Below, one piece after another: positions 17,417-27,055 of a stretch of DNA of 64,000 bases. This DNA is from Bacilli bacterium (lineage in GTDB: Bacteria > Bacillota_I > Bacilli_A > RFN20 > UBA1709). Each line of letters opens with the position of its first letter. Position 1 is the stretch's first letter. Both the position numbers and the translations under genes were made by a program. The notes below the pieces were generated by a model. The model was not told where the DNA came from, did not search any database, and was given only the letters and a program-made list of their open reading frames with translations. The stretch spans positions 896,001 through 960,000 of the forward strand of contig JBMNFL010000001.1 in assembly GCA_050949315.1 (NCBI GenBank), in the 5' to 3' direction.

Positions 17417-17927
17417 TTTTATATAAGCGCGGGTAACTTATATAGATTACAAGACAATAAACACAGGCAAAAGCTAGTGAAAACGCAAAGCGAAGGGCGA
17501 TAGTCCCCACGGTTAAAGACAAAGGATAATCAAAAATCAAAGAATCTAGATAAAGGGCACAAGAATTAATGGCCGTAACACAAAGAGAAGTTGTAAAGGT
17601 AATAAGTATTACCTTTTTTAAATTGAAATTATCCTTTATTAGATATTTAGACATTAGACCGCTAAGAAAGCCCCAAAAAATGGGAGCAATCATCCAAAGA
17701 GCGGTAGTATAACTAAGACCATAAAAGAGCATTTGACTGATAAAACCAACAACCGCTCCCGCTAAAGCGCCCACCCAAGGGCCAAATAAAAAGCCCGCTA
17801 AAAGTAAGGGTAACCCATAGATAGTAAATTTAGAAATATTAGAGCGGACACTAATAACATCTAAAATCAGTGACAGGGCCGCCATACTAGCCGCCACCGC
17901 CATTTTATAAGTTTTTGAACTTTTCAT
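17376..17927 (-). CDS. folT: Folate ECF transporter S component
   Basis: ECF S-component pattern (AxxAALS, GFLFGPWVG) with an upstream THF riboswitch. Confidence 0.82.
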   Translation of the reverse strand: MKSSKTYKMAVAASMAALSLILDVISVRSNISKFTIYGLPLLLAGFLFGPWVGALAGAVVGFISQMLFYGLSYTTALWMIAPIFWGFLSGLMSKYLIKDNFNLKKVILITFTTSLCVTAINSCALYLDSLIFDYPLSLTVGTIALRFAFSLAFACVYCLVIYISYPRLYKIIKKPPESPLSPQ

Positions 17928-17958
17928 TGAAAAAGACCTCCTTTTAAGAGGTCCGCAT

Positions 17959-18049
17959 AACAGCGGACGCGTTAGAAAACCGCCACTTAGTGTTCGCGCT
18001 AACGCAACTTCCCATCATTAGCTACTTTACGCTTTCTAACTACTCTGTT
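17959..18049 (-). ncRNA. THF riboswitch
   Basis: Minus strand reads AGAGTAG...GCGTAAAGT...GATGGGAAGTTG...GCGAA...GCGG...CGCGTCCGCTGT, matching the THF consensus. A downstream GACCTC/GAGGTC hairpin sequesters the RBS. Confidence 0.88.
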
Positions 18050-18131
18050 TTCTCTAATTATAAGGGAAGTTAGTTAAAAGTGTTACAAAAAAATAAAAAT
18101 AATTTATAATAGGCACAAGGGAGAAGTAAAA

Positions 18132-18791
18132 ATGGTAACAAATGAATGGCAAGCGATTATTGATAAGGAAATCGCCCAACCTTATTTTCAAAAGTTAAAA
18201 AGTTTTATTAAAGAAGAATATGCGACCAAACGCATTTATCCTCGCGGGAAAAATATTTTTCGGGCCTTTGAGTTAACCGATTTTTCGGAAGTTAAAGTGG
18301 TGATTATCGGTCAAGATCCTTATCACAACGAAGGACAAGCTCACGGCCTTTGTTTTTCAGTGCCCGACAAGCAAGCCATTCCTCCAAGTTTGAAAAACAT
18401 CTATCAAGAATTAAAGGATGACGTAGGTTGTTCAATTCCTTCTAGTGGTAATCTTGAAAAGTGGGCTAAGCAAGGAGTTTTATTGTTAAATGCGGTTTTA
18501 ACTGTCGTTGCCCATCGTCCCTTATCTCATAGTAATAAGGGCTGGGAAATTTTTACCGAGAATATTATCAGAGTTTTAAACGATGATGATAGACCGAAAG
18601 TCTTTCTTTTATGGGGCGCCTATGCGAAAAAGAAGAAACTTCTACTCACAAATCCTAGGCATTTAGTTTTAGAAGCTAATCATCCCTCCCCCTTATCGGC
18701 TTACCGAGGCTTTTTTGGTTGCAAGCACTTTTCTAAGACTAATGCTTTTTTGATAGCAAATAAACGCCAGCCAATTGATTGGCAACTTTAA
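18132..18791 (+). CDS. ung: Uracil-DNA glycosylase
   Basis: GQDPYH, GVLLLN, HPSPLS. Confidence 0.97.
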   Translation: MVTNEWQAIIDKEIAQPYFQKLKSFIKEEYATKRIYPRGKNIFRAFELTDFSEVKVVIIGQDPYHNEGQAHGLCFSVPDKQAIPPSLKNIYQELKDDVGCSIPSSGNLEKWAKQGVLLLNAVLTVVAHRPLSHSNKGWEIFTENIIRVLNDDDRPKVFLLWGAYAKKKKLLLTNPRHLVLEANHPSPLSAYRGFFGCKHFSKTNAFLIANKRQPIDWQL

Positions 18792-18804
18792 ACGTGTTAG
18801 AATA

Positions 18805-18890
18805 AGCGCGGGAGCTCACGATATGGGCTGAGAGTATCGTATTTGCGATAGACCGATATACCTGATCTAGATAATGCTAGCGGAGGAAAG
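18805..18890 (+). ncRNA. TPP riboswitch
   Basis: GGGAG...GCTGAGA...GACC...ACCTGATCTAGATAATGCTAGCGGAGG. The RBS lies at the aptamer 3' end. Confidence 0.92.
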
Positions 18891-18893
18891 AAT

Positions 18894-19478
18894 ATGAACA
18901 TCAGAATCAGACAGATGACTGAAACCGCTATTTTGATTGCTTTAGCGGTTTTATTAGATTTATTATTCAAAGCAATACCAATTTTAAAGATGCCTACCGG
19001 TGGGAGTTTTTCACTAACAATGCTACCACTTATAATTAACGGTTATCGCAACGGCCTTAAATGGGGCATAATTAGTGGTCTTGCCTATGCTGTTATCAAT
19101 TTTGCTCTTGATGGCTATTATTGGCATTGGGGTTCAATTGTTTTTGATTATCTCTTGGCCTTTGGTTTACTGGGCTTAACAGGGTTATTTAAAAATCTTG
19201 GGCGAAGAAAACCCATCTATATTTTTGGGATTATTTTTGTTTGTTTTTTACGTTATCTTTGCCATAGTTTGAGCGGAGTTATCTTTTTTAGTTCTTATGC
19301 TGAAGATTGGTTTACTGAAAACCCAACCTCCTTTGCCTACGGCTCAGTTTTCCTTTATTCCTTTGTTATTTACAACGGTCCTTATATGTTAGCCAACACT
19401 ATTGGCTGTTTAATTGCATCTTTAGCGCTTTATCGCTTTATTTATCCAGTCAAGAAGGTGTATAATGGCAACAAGTAG
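18894..19478 (+). CDS. thiT: Thiamine ECF transporter S component
   Basis: MPTGGSFSL, DYLLAF, HSLSGVIFF, YNGPY; downstream of a TPP riboswitch. Confidence 0.9.
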   Translation: MNIRIRQMTETAILIALAVLLDLLFKAIPILKMPTGGSFSLTMLPLIINGYRNGLKWGIISGLAYAVINFALDGYYWHWGSIVFDYLLAFGLLGLTGLFKNLGRRKPIYIFGIIFVCFLRYLCHSLSGVIFFSSYAEDWFTENPTSFAYGSVFLYSFVIYNGPYMLANTIGCLIASLALYRFIYPVKKVYNGNK

Positions 19479-20641
19479 GTGGTGTATTTAGAAAAGTCGA
19501 GCGAAAAGGCTCATCTTCGGTCAAATGGGACTATCATGTCCAAGGAGATCAAGTGCCTTTTACTATAGCTGATAGTGATTATGCTTCGCCCAAGTGCATC
19601 TTAAATGCTTTAACAAAAAGAGTTAAGGCCGGGCACTTTGGCTATAGTAAAAATGGTGATGATTATTTAGAGGCGATTAAAAATTGGTATCATAAAAAGC
19701 ACGCTTGTGAAATTCAAAGCAAATGGGTTCTACCCACCAGTAACGTTTTAACAGCATGTAAAATTGCTCTTGAAAGCATTGGTTACCGAGGAGACCGAGT
19801 TATTATCATGCCTCCAGTTTATAGTTCTTTTTATAATTTACTAGAAAATCTTGAACGGAAAATAGTCTGTTGTGATTTAATAAATGATAATGAAAAATAC
19901 CGAATTGATTTTGTTAAACTTGAAGAACTATTTAAGCGGGGGAATCATATCTTGCTTTTATGCAGTCCGCACAACCCAGTTGGCCGTGTCTGGCGTAGAG
20001 ATGAACTTGAAAAACTATCCGAATTATGCGCTAAATATTCGGTGACAATTATAAGTGATGAGATTCATTCAGATTTCATTTTAGGTTCTAATAAATTCAT
20101 ATCTATGCTTGAATTTAATGAGGTACACCGCCAACTTTATGTTTTATCAGCTCCAACCAAAACCTTTAGTCTTGCCGGTTTACTCTCAGCATATCTAATT
20201 GTTCCTGATGAGAATAATCGTAACTCTTGTCAAAAGACTTTGACGCGCAATTGTTGCTCAGTTGTAAATATCCTAGCCGCAACAGCAACTAAGGAAGCTT
20301 ATACCAATCCTGAAGCCTTTGAATGGGTTCAAAAACAAAACGAGCATATCTTAAAAAATTATCAAACGGTTAAAGAATATCTAGCTAAATACTTACCTGA
20401 GGCAAAACTACCAGAGCAAGAAGGAACCTATGTTCTTTGGCTTAACTTAAAGTGTTTAGATAAATCTTCAGCAGAAATTGTTGATCTTTTAGCTAAGGGT
20501 GGGGTTTTAGTCAATTCAGGAAAAAGTTATGGGGCCGATTATGATGGTTATATTCGTTGGTGCGTTGCTTGTTCGCAAAAGCAATTAAAAGAGGGTTTAA
20601 AAAGATTTGTTCGGGTTTTAGGAGCAGGTAAAAAAAGGTAA
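19465..20641 (+). CDS. patB: PatB/MalY-family PLP C-S lyase; main ORF 19553-20641, with an apparent frameshift just after ATG 19465
   Basis: CSPHNPVGRVW, SDEIHSD, APTKTF. Conserved RKGSSSVKWD lies in frame upstream of 19553, but the only nearby RBS-linked ATG (19465) is out of frame. Confidence 0.8.
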
Positions 20642-20701
20642 AGGGTTGAAAAACCCTTTATAATTTTGTAGAATATAAACGCCTATGAAAGGAAGGATAT
20701 T

Positions 20702-21424
20702 ATGGGACGAGCGCATGAAGTTAGAAAAGCCGCGATGGCTAAAACCGCTGCTGCTAAGACCAAAGTTTATTCAAAATTTGGCAAAGAAATTTTAATAGCA
20801 GCTAAAGGCGGCGTTCCTGATCCTGAAATGAACCTCATCTTAAGAAGGGTGATTGAAAGAGCAAAGAAAGCTCAAGTACCAGCCGATATCATCAAAAGAG
20901 CAATTGATCGTGCTAAATCGGGGACGAGTGAGGACTATAGTGCCCAAACTTATGAAGCCTTTGGTCCAGGGGCCGCCACTTTGATTATTGAGTGTTTGAC
21001 TGATAATGTTAATCGAACGGTTAGTGATGTTCGTTCAGCGCTAACGAAGAACCAATGCAAGATGGGAGTGACCGGTAGTGTCTCACATGGTTATGACTAT
21101 GTTTCCATTGTTTCTTGTAAGGGTGTGAGCGAAGATCAGGTATTAGAAGTATTATTGATGGCGGATCTAAACATAAAGTCGGTTGAAAGCGTTGATGATG
21201 AGGTTGAAATCTATGGAGAGGCGACAGATTTATATAATATCAAGACGGCTTTAGAAGAGGCGTATCCTGATATTCAGATCGGAACCGAAGAATTGAGTTA
21301 TGTTCCTATTAATGAAGAGTACACTAGTCTTGAAGGTGATGATAGAATGTATTTTGAAAGATTATTGACGATGTTAGAGGAATTAGATGACGTGCAAGAG
21401 GTTTATCATAACGTCGAACTGTAG
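20702..21424 (+). CDS. yebC: YebC/PmpR family protein
   Basis: MGRAHEVRK, YEAFGPG, TDNVNRT, DDVQEVYHN. Confidence 0.93.
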   Translation: MGRAHEVRKAAMAKTAAAKTKVYSKFGKEILIAAKGGVPDPEMNLILRRVIERAKKAQVPADIIKRAIDRAKSGTSEDYSAQTYEAFGPGAATLIIECLTDNVNRTVSDVRSALTKNQCKMGVTGSVSHGYDYVSIVSCKGVSEDQVLEVLLMADLNIKSVESVDDEVEIYGEATDLYNIKTALEEAYPDIQIGTEELSYVPINEEYTSLEGDDRMYFERLLTMLEELDDVQEVYHNVEL

Positions 21425-21507
21425 CAAAGCCCAAGTTAAAGAAAGGACAATTATTTGTCCAATTTTCGGTTGAACTTAGGCTAGAGGGATTTAAAATCGA
21501 AAGTTAT

Positions 21508-21535
21508 AAATAGGTGGGCTAGCCTTCCTATTTTT
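21508..21535 (+). terminator. Probable intrinsic terminator before whiA
   Basis: AAATAGG...CCTATTT stem with a T-tract. Confidence 0.5.
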
Positions 21536-21558
21536 ATTTCATAAAGGAGGGATCTTCG

Positions 21559-22533
21559 TTGAAGAAAGTCGTCTCATTTACCAAAGTCGTTAAAGAAGAA
21601 GTCTCTCTTTACGAGGGTTGGGAAGTTGCTGATTATCGAGCTTTGTTATCAAGTTTTATTAAGATAAACGGTCATTTATTGCTGCGCAACAATGAATGGT
21701 TGATTTTTATTCGCAGTGAAAACATTAAAGTTGCTAAACTAATTATTAAGTTATTAAAAAAACTTTATCCCGAAAGTCAACAACGCATCATTATCAGCGA
21801 GAAAAAGAAACTTCGGGTAAATAGTGATAACAAGGTTGTTAATATTGAGGTGCAAAATGGAGTCAAAGAAATTCTAAAAGAATTAGCGATTTATAGTGAA
21901 GAAAAGGGTTTTACCCTTTTACCAGCCATGTCTTATTTTAAAAACATGGAGATGCGGAAAGCTTATTTAGCAGGAGCCTTTCTTGCTAGTGGGAGTGTAA
22001 ATTCTCCGCAAACCAAAAATTATCATTTAGAAATCGCGGTTGAGACTAAGACGTTAGCGACTTACCTTCAAAGGTTATTGAAAAAGTTCTATCTGGAAGC
22101 CAAACTCATCAAAAGACGCAAACAAATTGTGGTCTATCTTAAGAAGAGTGATCAAATAGCTGATTTTTTGAAGATGATTGGCGCTTGGAATAGTTTGCTT
22201 CATTACGAAGGAATAAGGATCCAACGCGATCAGTATAACTCGCTTAATCGCCTTTATAACTGTGAGATTGCTAATGAAAGGCGGGCTTTAGAAAAAGGCA
22301 ATGAGCAGGCCGCTTTGATTGACTGGTATGCCAGCAAAATTGGTTTAGAAAAATTAGATCCCCCTTTAAGAATAGTAGCGGAAGCTAGACTTAGTAATCC
22401 TGATGCCACCTATTTAGAGTTAACCGATTACATTCGGAAAAATAAAGGTGTTAGCTTATCAAAATCCGGCTTGTCTTACCGTTTAACTAAATTAATCAAT
22501 GAATTAGAGACACTGAAAGGAATAAGAAAATGA
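21559..22533 (+). CDS. whiA: DNA-binding protein WhiA
   Basis: SFTKVVKEE, YLAGAFLASGSVNSP, YHLEI, NRLYNCEIAN, SKSG. Confidence 0.93.
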   Translation: MKKVVSFTKVVKEEVSLYEGWEVADYRALLSSFIKINGHLLLRNNEWLIFIRSENIKVAKLIIKLLKKLYPESQQRIIISEKKKLRVNSDNKVVNIEVQNGVKEILKELAIYSEEKGFTLLPAMSYFKNMEMRKAYLAGAFLASGSVNSPQTKNYHLEIAVETKTLATYLQRLLKKFYLEAKLIKRRKQIVVYLKKSDQIADFLKMIGAWNSLLHYEGIRIQRDQYNSLNRLYNCEIANERRALEKGNEQAALIDWYASKIGLEKLDPPLRIVAEARLSNPDATYLELTDYIRKNKGVSLSKSGLSYRLTKLINELETLKGIRK

Positions 22534-22742
22534 AAAAAACAGTTGAACAAATCTTTGGAGAAAGAGTTAGAAGTTTAAGAATGATTGCTAAAATTTCACA
22601 AGAAGAATTAGCCTTTCGGGCGGATTTGAATCGCAACTATATCTCTGATATAGAATGTGGTCGTCGCAATGTTTCTTTAAAGTCCATTGAGAAAATCGCT
22701 AAAGGGCTAAACGTCAGTATTGACGCTTTGTTTATTGAGTAA
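22530..22742 (+). CDS. XRE-family HTH regulator (controller-protein-like)
   Basis: SQEELA...RNYISDIECGRRNVSL. Confidence 0.88.
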   Translation: MKKTVEQIFGERVRSLRMIAKISQEELAFRADLNRNYISDIECGRRNVSLKSIEKIAKGLNVSIDALFIE

Positions 22743-22757
22743 AAGGAGTTGATATTG

Positions 22758-23837
22758 ATGGATGAAAAGATGATTGAAAGATTGGAAACAATTCTCAAAC
22801 GGTCAATATATTTAGAAAAAATGATGCAACTACCAAGTGTGGCTGAAGATTTTCAGCGTTATAAACTCTACGCTAAAGAACACACTAATCTTGAAGAAAT
22901 TGCTAGTGCTTATAAGAAATATAAAGAGGCCTGTCAAGCTAGAGAGGATGCTTTAATATTAGAAAAGGATAACGATCCTGCCATTTCTAAACTAGCGAAA
23001 GAAGAACTGGAAAAAGCGGAAGAAAAAGTAGCTAAATTAACCGAAGAACTTCAATTTTTACTGCTTCCTAAAGACCCCAATGATGAGAAGAATATCATTA
23101 TGGAAATTCGTGGGGCAGCTGGCGGGGATGAAGGTAATATTTTCGCAGGCGATCTATTAAGGATGTATGGCAAGTATTGTGATGCCAAAGGCTGGCATTA
23201 TGAGATGGTTGATTATAATGAAAGTGCCGCTGGGGGTTTTGCTTTCGTTTCGATAATGATTAAAGGTAAGCGCGTTTATTCTGAGTTAAAGTATGAATCC
23301 GGGGCCCATCGAGTTCAAAGGGTACCAAAGACCGAGGCTTCTGGTCGTATCCATACTTCAACAGCGACGGTGATCGTCATGCCTGAAGCCGATGAAGTCG
23401 ATGTTCAAATTAATCCAGCGGAATTACAAATTGACACTTATCGTGCTAGTGGAGCGGGTGGGCAACATATCAATAAAACTGATTCAGCTGTTCGTATAAC
23501 CCACATTCCTAGTGGAATAGTCGTAACTTGTCAAGATGGCCGCTCCCAAATTGAAAACCGTGAGAAGGCCATGGCTGTTTTAAGGACACGCCTTTACGAT
23601 AAGATGAAAGAAGAGGATGAATTAGCTAGGGGAGCTGAGCGACGTTCCAAGATTGGAACAGGCGATCGCAGTGAAAAGATTAGAACATATAATTATCCTC
23701 AAAATCGGGTAACCGATCATCGAATTGGTTTAAGTTTGCAACAATTGGATCGCATAATGGAAGGGGATCTTTCTACTCTATTAAGTGCTCTAATTAATGA
23801 GGACCAAAGACGCAAACTTCTGGGGCAAAGTTTATAA
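22758..23837 (+). CDS. prfA: Peptide chain release factor 1
   Basis: [10 protein letters not shown] (PxT), [10 protein letters not shown]. Confidence 0.97.
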   Translation: MDEKMIERLETILKRSIYLEKMMQLPSVAEDFQRYKLYAKEHTNLEEIASAYKKYKEACQAREDALILEKDNDPAISKLAKEELEKAEEKVAKLTEELQFLLLPKDPNDEKNIIMEIRGAAGGDEGNIFAGDLLRMYGKYCDAKGWHYEMVDYNESAAGGFAFVSIMIKGKRVYSELKYESGAHRVQRVPKTEASGRIHTSTATVIVMPEADEVDVQINPAELQIDTYRASGAGGQHINKTDSAVRITHIPSGIVVTCQDGRSQIENREKAMAVLRTRLYDKMKEEDELARGAERRSKIGTGDRSEKIRTYNYPQNRVTDHRIGLSLQQLDRIMEGDLSTLLSALINEDQRRKLLGQSL

Positions 23838-24658
23838 TGGCAAATTATCGTGCTTTTAAAGAACACTTTATTGAGAAAGCTAAGTTATGCAAAAAAGATG
23901 CCAATGTTTGGAAACTTCTGCTAGCAGATACTTTAGGTTGTCCTTATGACAAGGTCATTTTAAAACTTGATCAGCAGATATCAGAGTGGCAACTAGAGTG
24001 GTTAGAAATCCTTAGTGAGCGCTACTTTCAAGGCGAAGCCATTCAATACCTTTTAGGTTATTGTTATTTTTATGGTTTAAAATTCCATGTTAATCCCAAG
24101 GTTTTGATTCCTCGTTTTGTTACTGAAGAATTGGTGGCTTGGGTTTTAGAAGATAATAAAGAAGATAGGCTCAGTTTGGTTGATGTGGGGACAGGTAGTG
24201 GGAATATCGCTCTGGCTTTGAAATCCCAACGTCCAAACTGGGAGATTAAAGGCACGGATGTTTATTCAGAGGCTTTAGAAGTTGCTAAACTCAATGCCCG
24301 CTTTTTAAGTTTAGATGTCACTTTTTTAGAAAGTGATTTTTTAAGTGCGATTGCAAAAATGGATATTGTTGTTTCTAATCCTCCTTACATTGCCCCCAAT
24401 GATCCTGAGGTTGATTTAGAGGTTTTAAACAACGAACCTAGACAGGCTTTATTTACAGAAGATGAAAAAGGTCTTGCTTCTTATGAGAGAATTTTTCAGC
24501 AATTAAAAAGTAGACCATTTAAATTGGCCTACTTTGAATTCGGTTATCGTCAAAAAGCGGATTTAGAACAACTATTAGCCACGTTTTCTTATAAACACTA
24601 TGAATTTAGAAAAGATATTACAGGTAAAGATCGCTTTCTAAAAATTTATAACACCTAG
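23837..24658 (+). CDS. prmC: Release factor glutamine methyltransferase
   Basis: VLIPR, DVGTGSG, SNPPY; coupled to prfA. Confidence 0.93.
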   Translation: MANYRAFKEHFIEKAKLCKKDANVWKLLLADTLGCPYDKVILKLDQQISEWQLEWLEILSERYFQGEAIQYLLGYCYFYGLKFHVNPKVLIPRFVTEELVAWVLEDNKEDRLSLVDVGTGSGNIALALKSQRPNWEIKGTDVYSEALEVAKLNARFLSLDVTFLESDFLSAIAKMDIVVSNPPYIAPNDPEVDLEVLNNEPRQALFTEDEKGLASYERIFQQLKSRPFKLAYFEFGYRQKADLEQLLATFSYKHYEFRKDITGKDRFLKIYNT

Positions 24659-26295
24659 ACATTATGGAAACAACTACCACCGATAAACTCTCTTAATAAA
24701 GAGTTACAGGGCACAAGTTCATCCTCAATATCGCCAAATAACTTGAGATACTTAATTAAGGCGTTGGCATCAATATAATATTCGCTATCCTTACTTATGC
24801 TTTGAAGTAGAGGTAAGGCGTGTTTTTTGAGTACGCACAATTCGTAGACGAGATCGGAGTTAAAGACAAAGTCAACACCTTCTTGGTTGTCGTAAATCCA
24901 GCGGAACTCCCCTCTACGCACCGAGTTCCAGATAGCGATTGTTCTTTCGGCTGTAAAACCGCGGAAGCTATGATCGCGAACTAAACGTCTTAACTGTCTT
25001 AGTTGAGTGCTGCTGATGGGGGAGTGATTATCGATATTCAATTGAGAGTGCGGAGCGATATAGATTTTAAATTTTTGCATCCGGGGGATAGAAACAGTTA
25101 AAGCATCGTTTAAGGCGTGGATGCCTTCAATGATAATAGGTTGACCTTCGGAGATTTTCATCTTTTTGCCGATTTCTCTTTTCCCTGTTACAAAATTAAA
25201 ACTTGGAGTCTCAACTTCTTCACCGTTGATTAAAGCTACGAGATGTTGGTTAAAAAGATCAACATCAATGGTGTTGATATGTTCATAGTCAAAACTACCA
25301 TCTTCATCTGGGACGAGTGAAGCGCGATCGACATAATAATCATCAATTGATAGTTTTACCGGTTTAATACCTTTGATCATCAACTGAATGCGCAAGCGGT
25401 TGGAAAAAGTGGTTTTGCCACTAGAAGAAGGGCCGGCGATAGCAATGATTTTAATCCGATCAATATTGCGCGAGATACGATCGGCTAGAATAGACAAACT
25501 GGTGTTGTGTAAAGCCTCGCACATATTGACGAAATCAATCTTTTCGCTGTTATTGAGATTGGAATTAATTTCAGCAATGTTTTCGGCATGACATCTGAAA
25601 GCCCATTTGCTGGCTCTTTTTAAAGTTTCGCCATAAGTGGGTTCATCGACAAAGGGCGGTATTTCTCCATTTAGTTCAGCACGGGGATACTGCAAGACTA
25701 TCCCTGGAGAATAAAGCCTTAATTTATAGTTACCTAGATAACCAGTAGAGGGAACCATGTAACTATAAAGATAATTGATATATGAGGCACATTGATAGAG
25801 GTGCACGGTTTTCTCGGGTCGATATTGCAAGATATCGATTTTGTCATACATTTTATTTTTCTCATAGATTATTCTAGCTTCTTCATTGCTTACTACCTTG
25901 CGAGTAATGGGGAGATCTAAAGAGACTAAACGTTGCATCTCTAAATCGATTTCTCTTAACATGGAAGAATTGAAACGGGTATCAGTTTCAAGAATGCGGC
26001 AAAAAATAGAACGTGAAATATGATAAGAAAATTTAATATGTAAATCAGGATAGAGATAATTGGCCGCCATGGCAAAAAGATAGCGCAGGGAACTTTCATA
26101 AATGCGCATGGCATCATCATCATTCATACGGACAAATTCGATGGTGGCATCATAATAGACTTCAAAAGTTAACTCCCGCATCCGATTGTTAACTTTGCAG
26201 GCGATAATACTATAATCGCGGGGTTGTATTAAATCTAAAACTCGGACTTTCTTTTCAAAAGTTTTTTCTTCTCCATTGAGCTTAATTGTAAACAT
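24655..26295 (-). CDS. Uridine-kinase-family nucleoside kinase with ThrRS-like N-terminal domains
   Basis: IAGPSSSGKTT, IIEGIHALN, RRLVRD, SVRRGE; TGS-like N-terminus. Confidence 0.88.
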   Translation of the reverse strand: MFTIKLNGEEKTFEKKVRVLDLIQPRDYSIIACKVNNRMRELTFEVYYDATIEFVRMNDDDAMRIYESSLRYLFAMAANYLYPDLHIKFSYHISRSIFCRILETDTRFNSSMLREIDLEMQRLVSLDLPITRKVVSNEEARIIYEKNKMYDKIDILQYRPEKTVHLYQCASYINYLYSYMVPSTGYLGNYKLRLYSPGIVLQYPRAELNGEIPPFVDEPTYGETLKRASKWAFRCHAENIAEINSNLNNSEKIDFVNMCEALHNTSLSILADRISRNIDRIKIIAIAGPSSSGKTTFSNRLRIQLMIKGIKPVKLSIDDYYVDRASLVPDEDGSFDYEHINTIDVDLFNQHLVALINGEEVETPSFNFVTGKREIGKKMKISEGQPIIIEGIHALNDALTVSIPRMQKFKIYIAPHSQLNIDNHSPISSTQLRQLRRLVRDHSFRGFTAERTIAIWNSVRRGEFRWIYDNQEGVDFVFNSDLVYELCVLKKHALPLLQSISKDSEYYIDANALIKYLKLFGDIEDELVPCNSLLREFIGGSCFHNV

Positions 26296-26413
26296 TTTAT
26301 CATTCCTTTTCATTCGGCATTTATTTTATAATAGATGGAATAAAAAGGCAACATTTTAAAATTGTTTTCAAGCTTCCACAATTTCTAGTATAATCTAGAC
26401 CAGGAGTGATCAA

Positions 26414-27055
26414 ATGAACTACGATTACATTTTATGGGATTGGAATGGCACAATTATCGATGATCGCCAGTTGTGTTTAGATATTCTTAACTACATGCTT
26501 GTAGAACATGGTGTAAAGCCGGTGACCATGGCTCAGTATCAAAACTTTTTTGGTTTCCCAGTCATTGATTACTACCGTAAAGCCGGTTTTGATTTTAGCC
26601 GTTATAGTTATGACAGTCTAGCCCAGGAGTTTATTGAGCTCTACCAAAAGCGCAGTTTGAAAGTTGGACTGGTAAAAGACAGTTTAGAAACGATAAAAGA
26701 ACTTCATAAGCGAGGCTATAAGCAAATTGTTTTCTCAGCTTCCGAAATCAACAATCTCAATGAACAAATTGATAGTTATCAATTACGGGGTTATTTTAAA
26801 GAGGCTCTTGGTATTTCCAATATTCATGCTAAAAGTAAATTAGACTTGGGTCTTAATTGGTTAGATGGCCTTAAAAATAAAAAACCTCGTTTATTAATGA
26901 TTGGGGATTCCATTCATGATTACGAGGTTGCACAGGCCCTAGGGGCTGATTGTGTTTTGATTAGTATGGGCTCGCATCAAAGCACTAAGCGCCTAGAAGA
27001 AACAGGAGCTCAAGTTTTTACTTCTGCTAAGCAAGTATTGACTTTTTTAATTTAA
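26414..27055 (+). CDS. HAD-family hydrolase
   Basis: WDWNGT motif I, IGDSIHD motif IV. Confidence 0.9.
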   Translation: MNYDYILWDWNGTIIDDRQLCLDILNYMLVEHGVKPVTMAQYQNFFGFPVIDYYRKAGFDFSRYSYDSLAQEFIELYQKRSLKVGLVKDSLETIKELHKRGYKQIVFSASEINNLNEQIDSYQLRGYFKEALGISNIHAKSKLDLGLNWLDGLKNKKPRLLMIGDSIHDYEVAQALGADCVLISMGSHQSTKRLEETGAQVFTSAKQVLTFLI

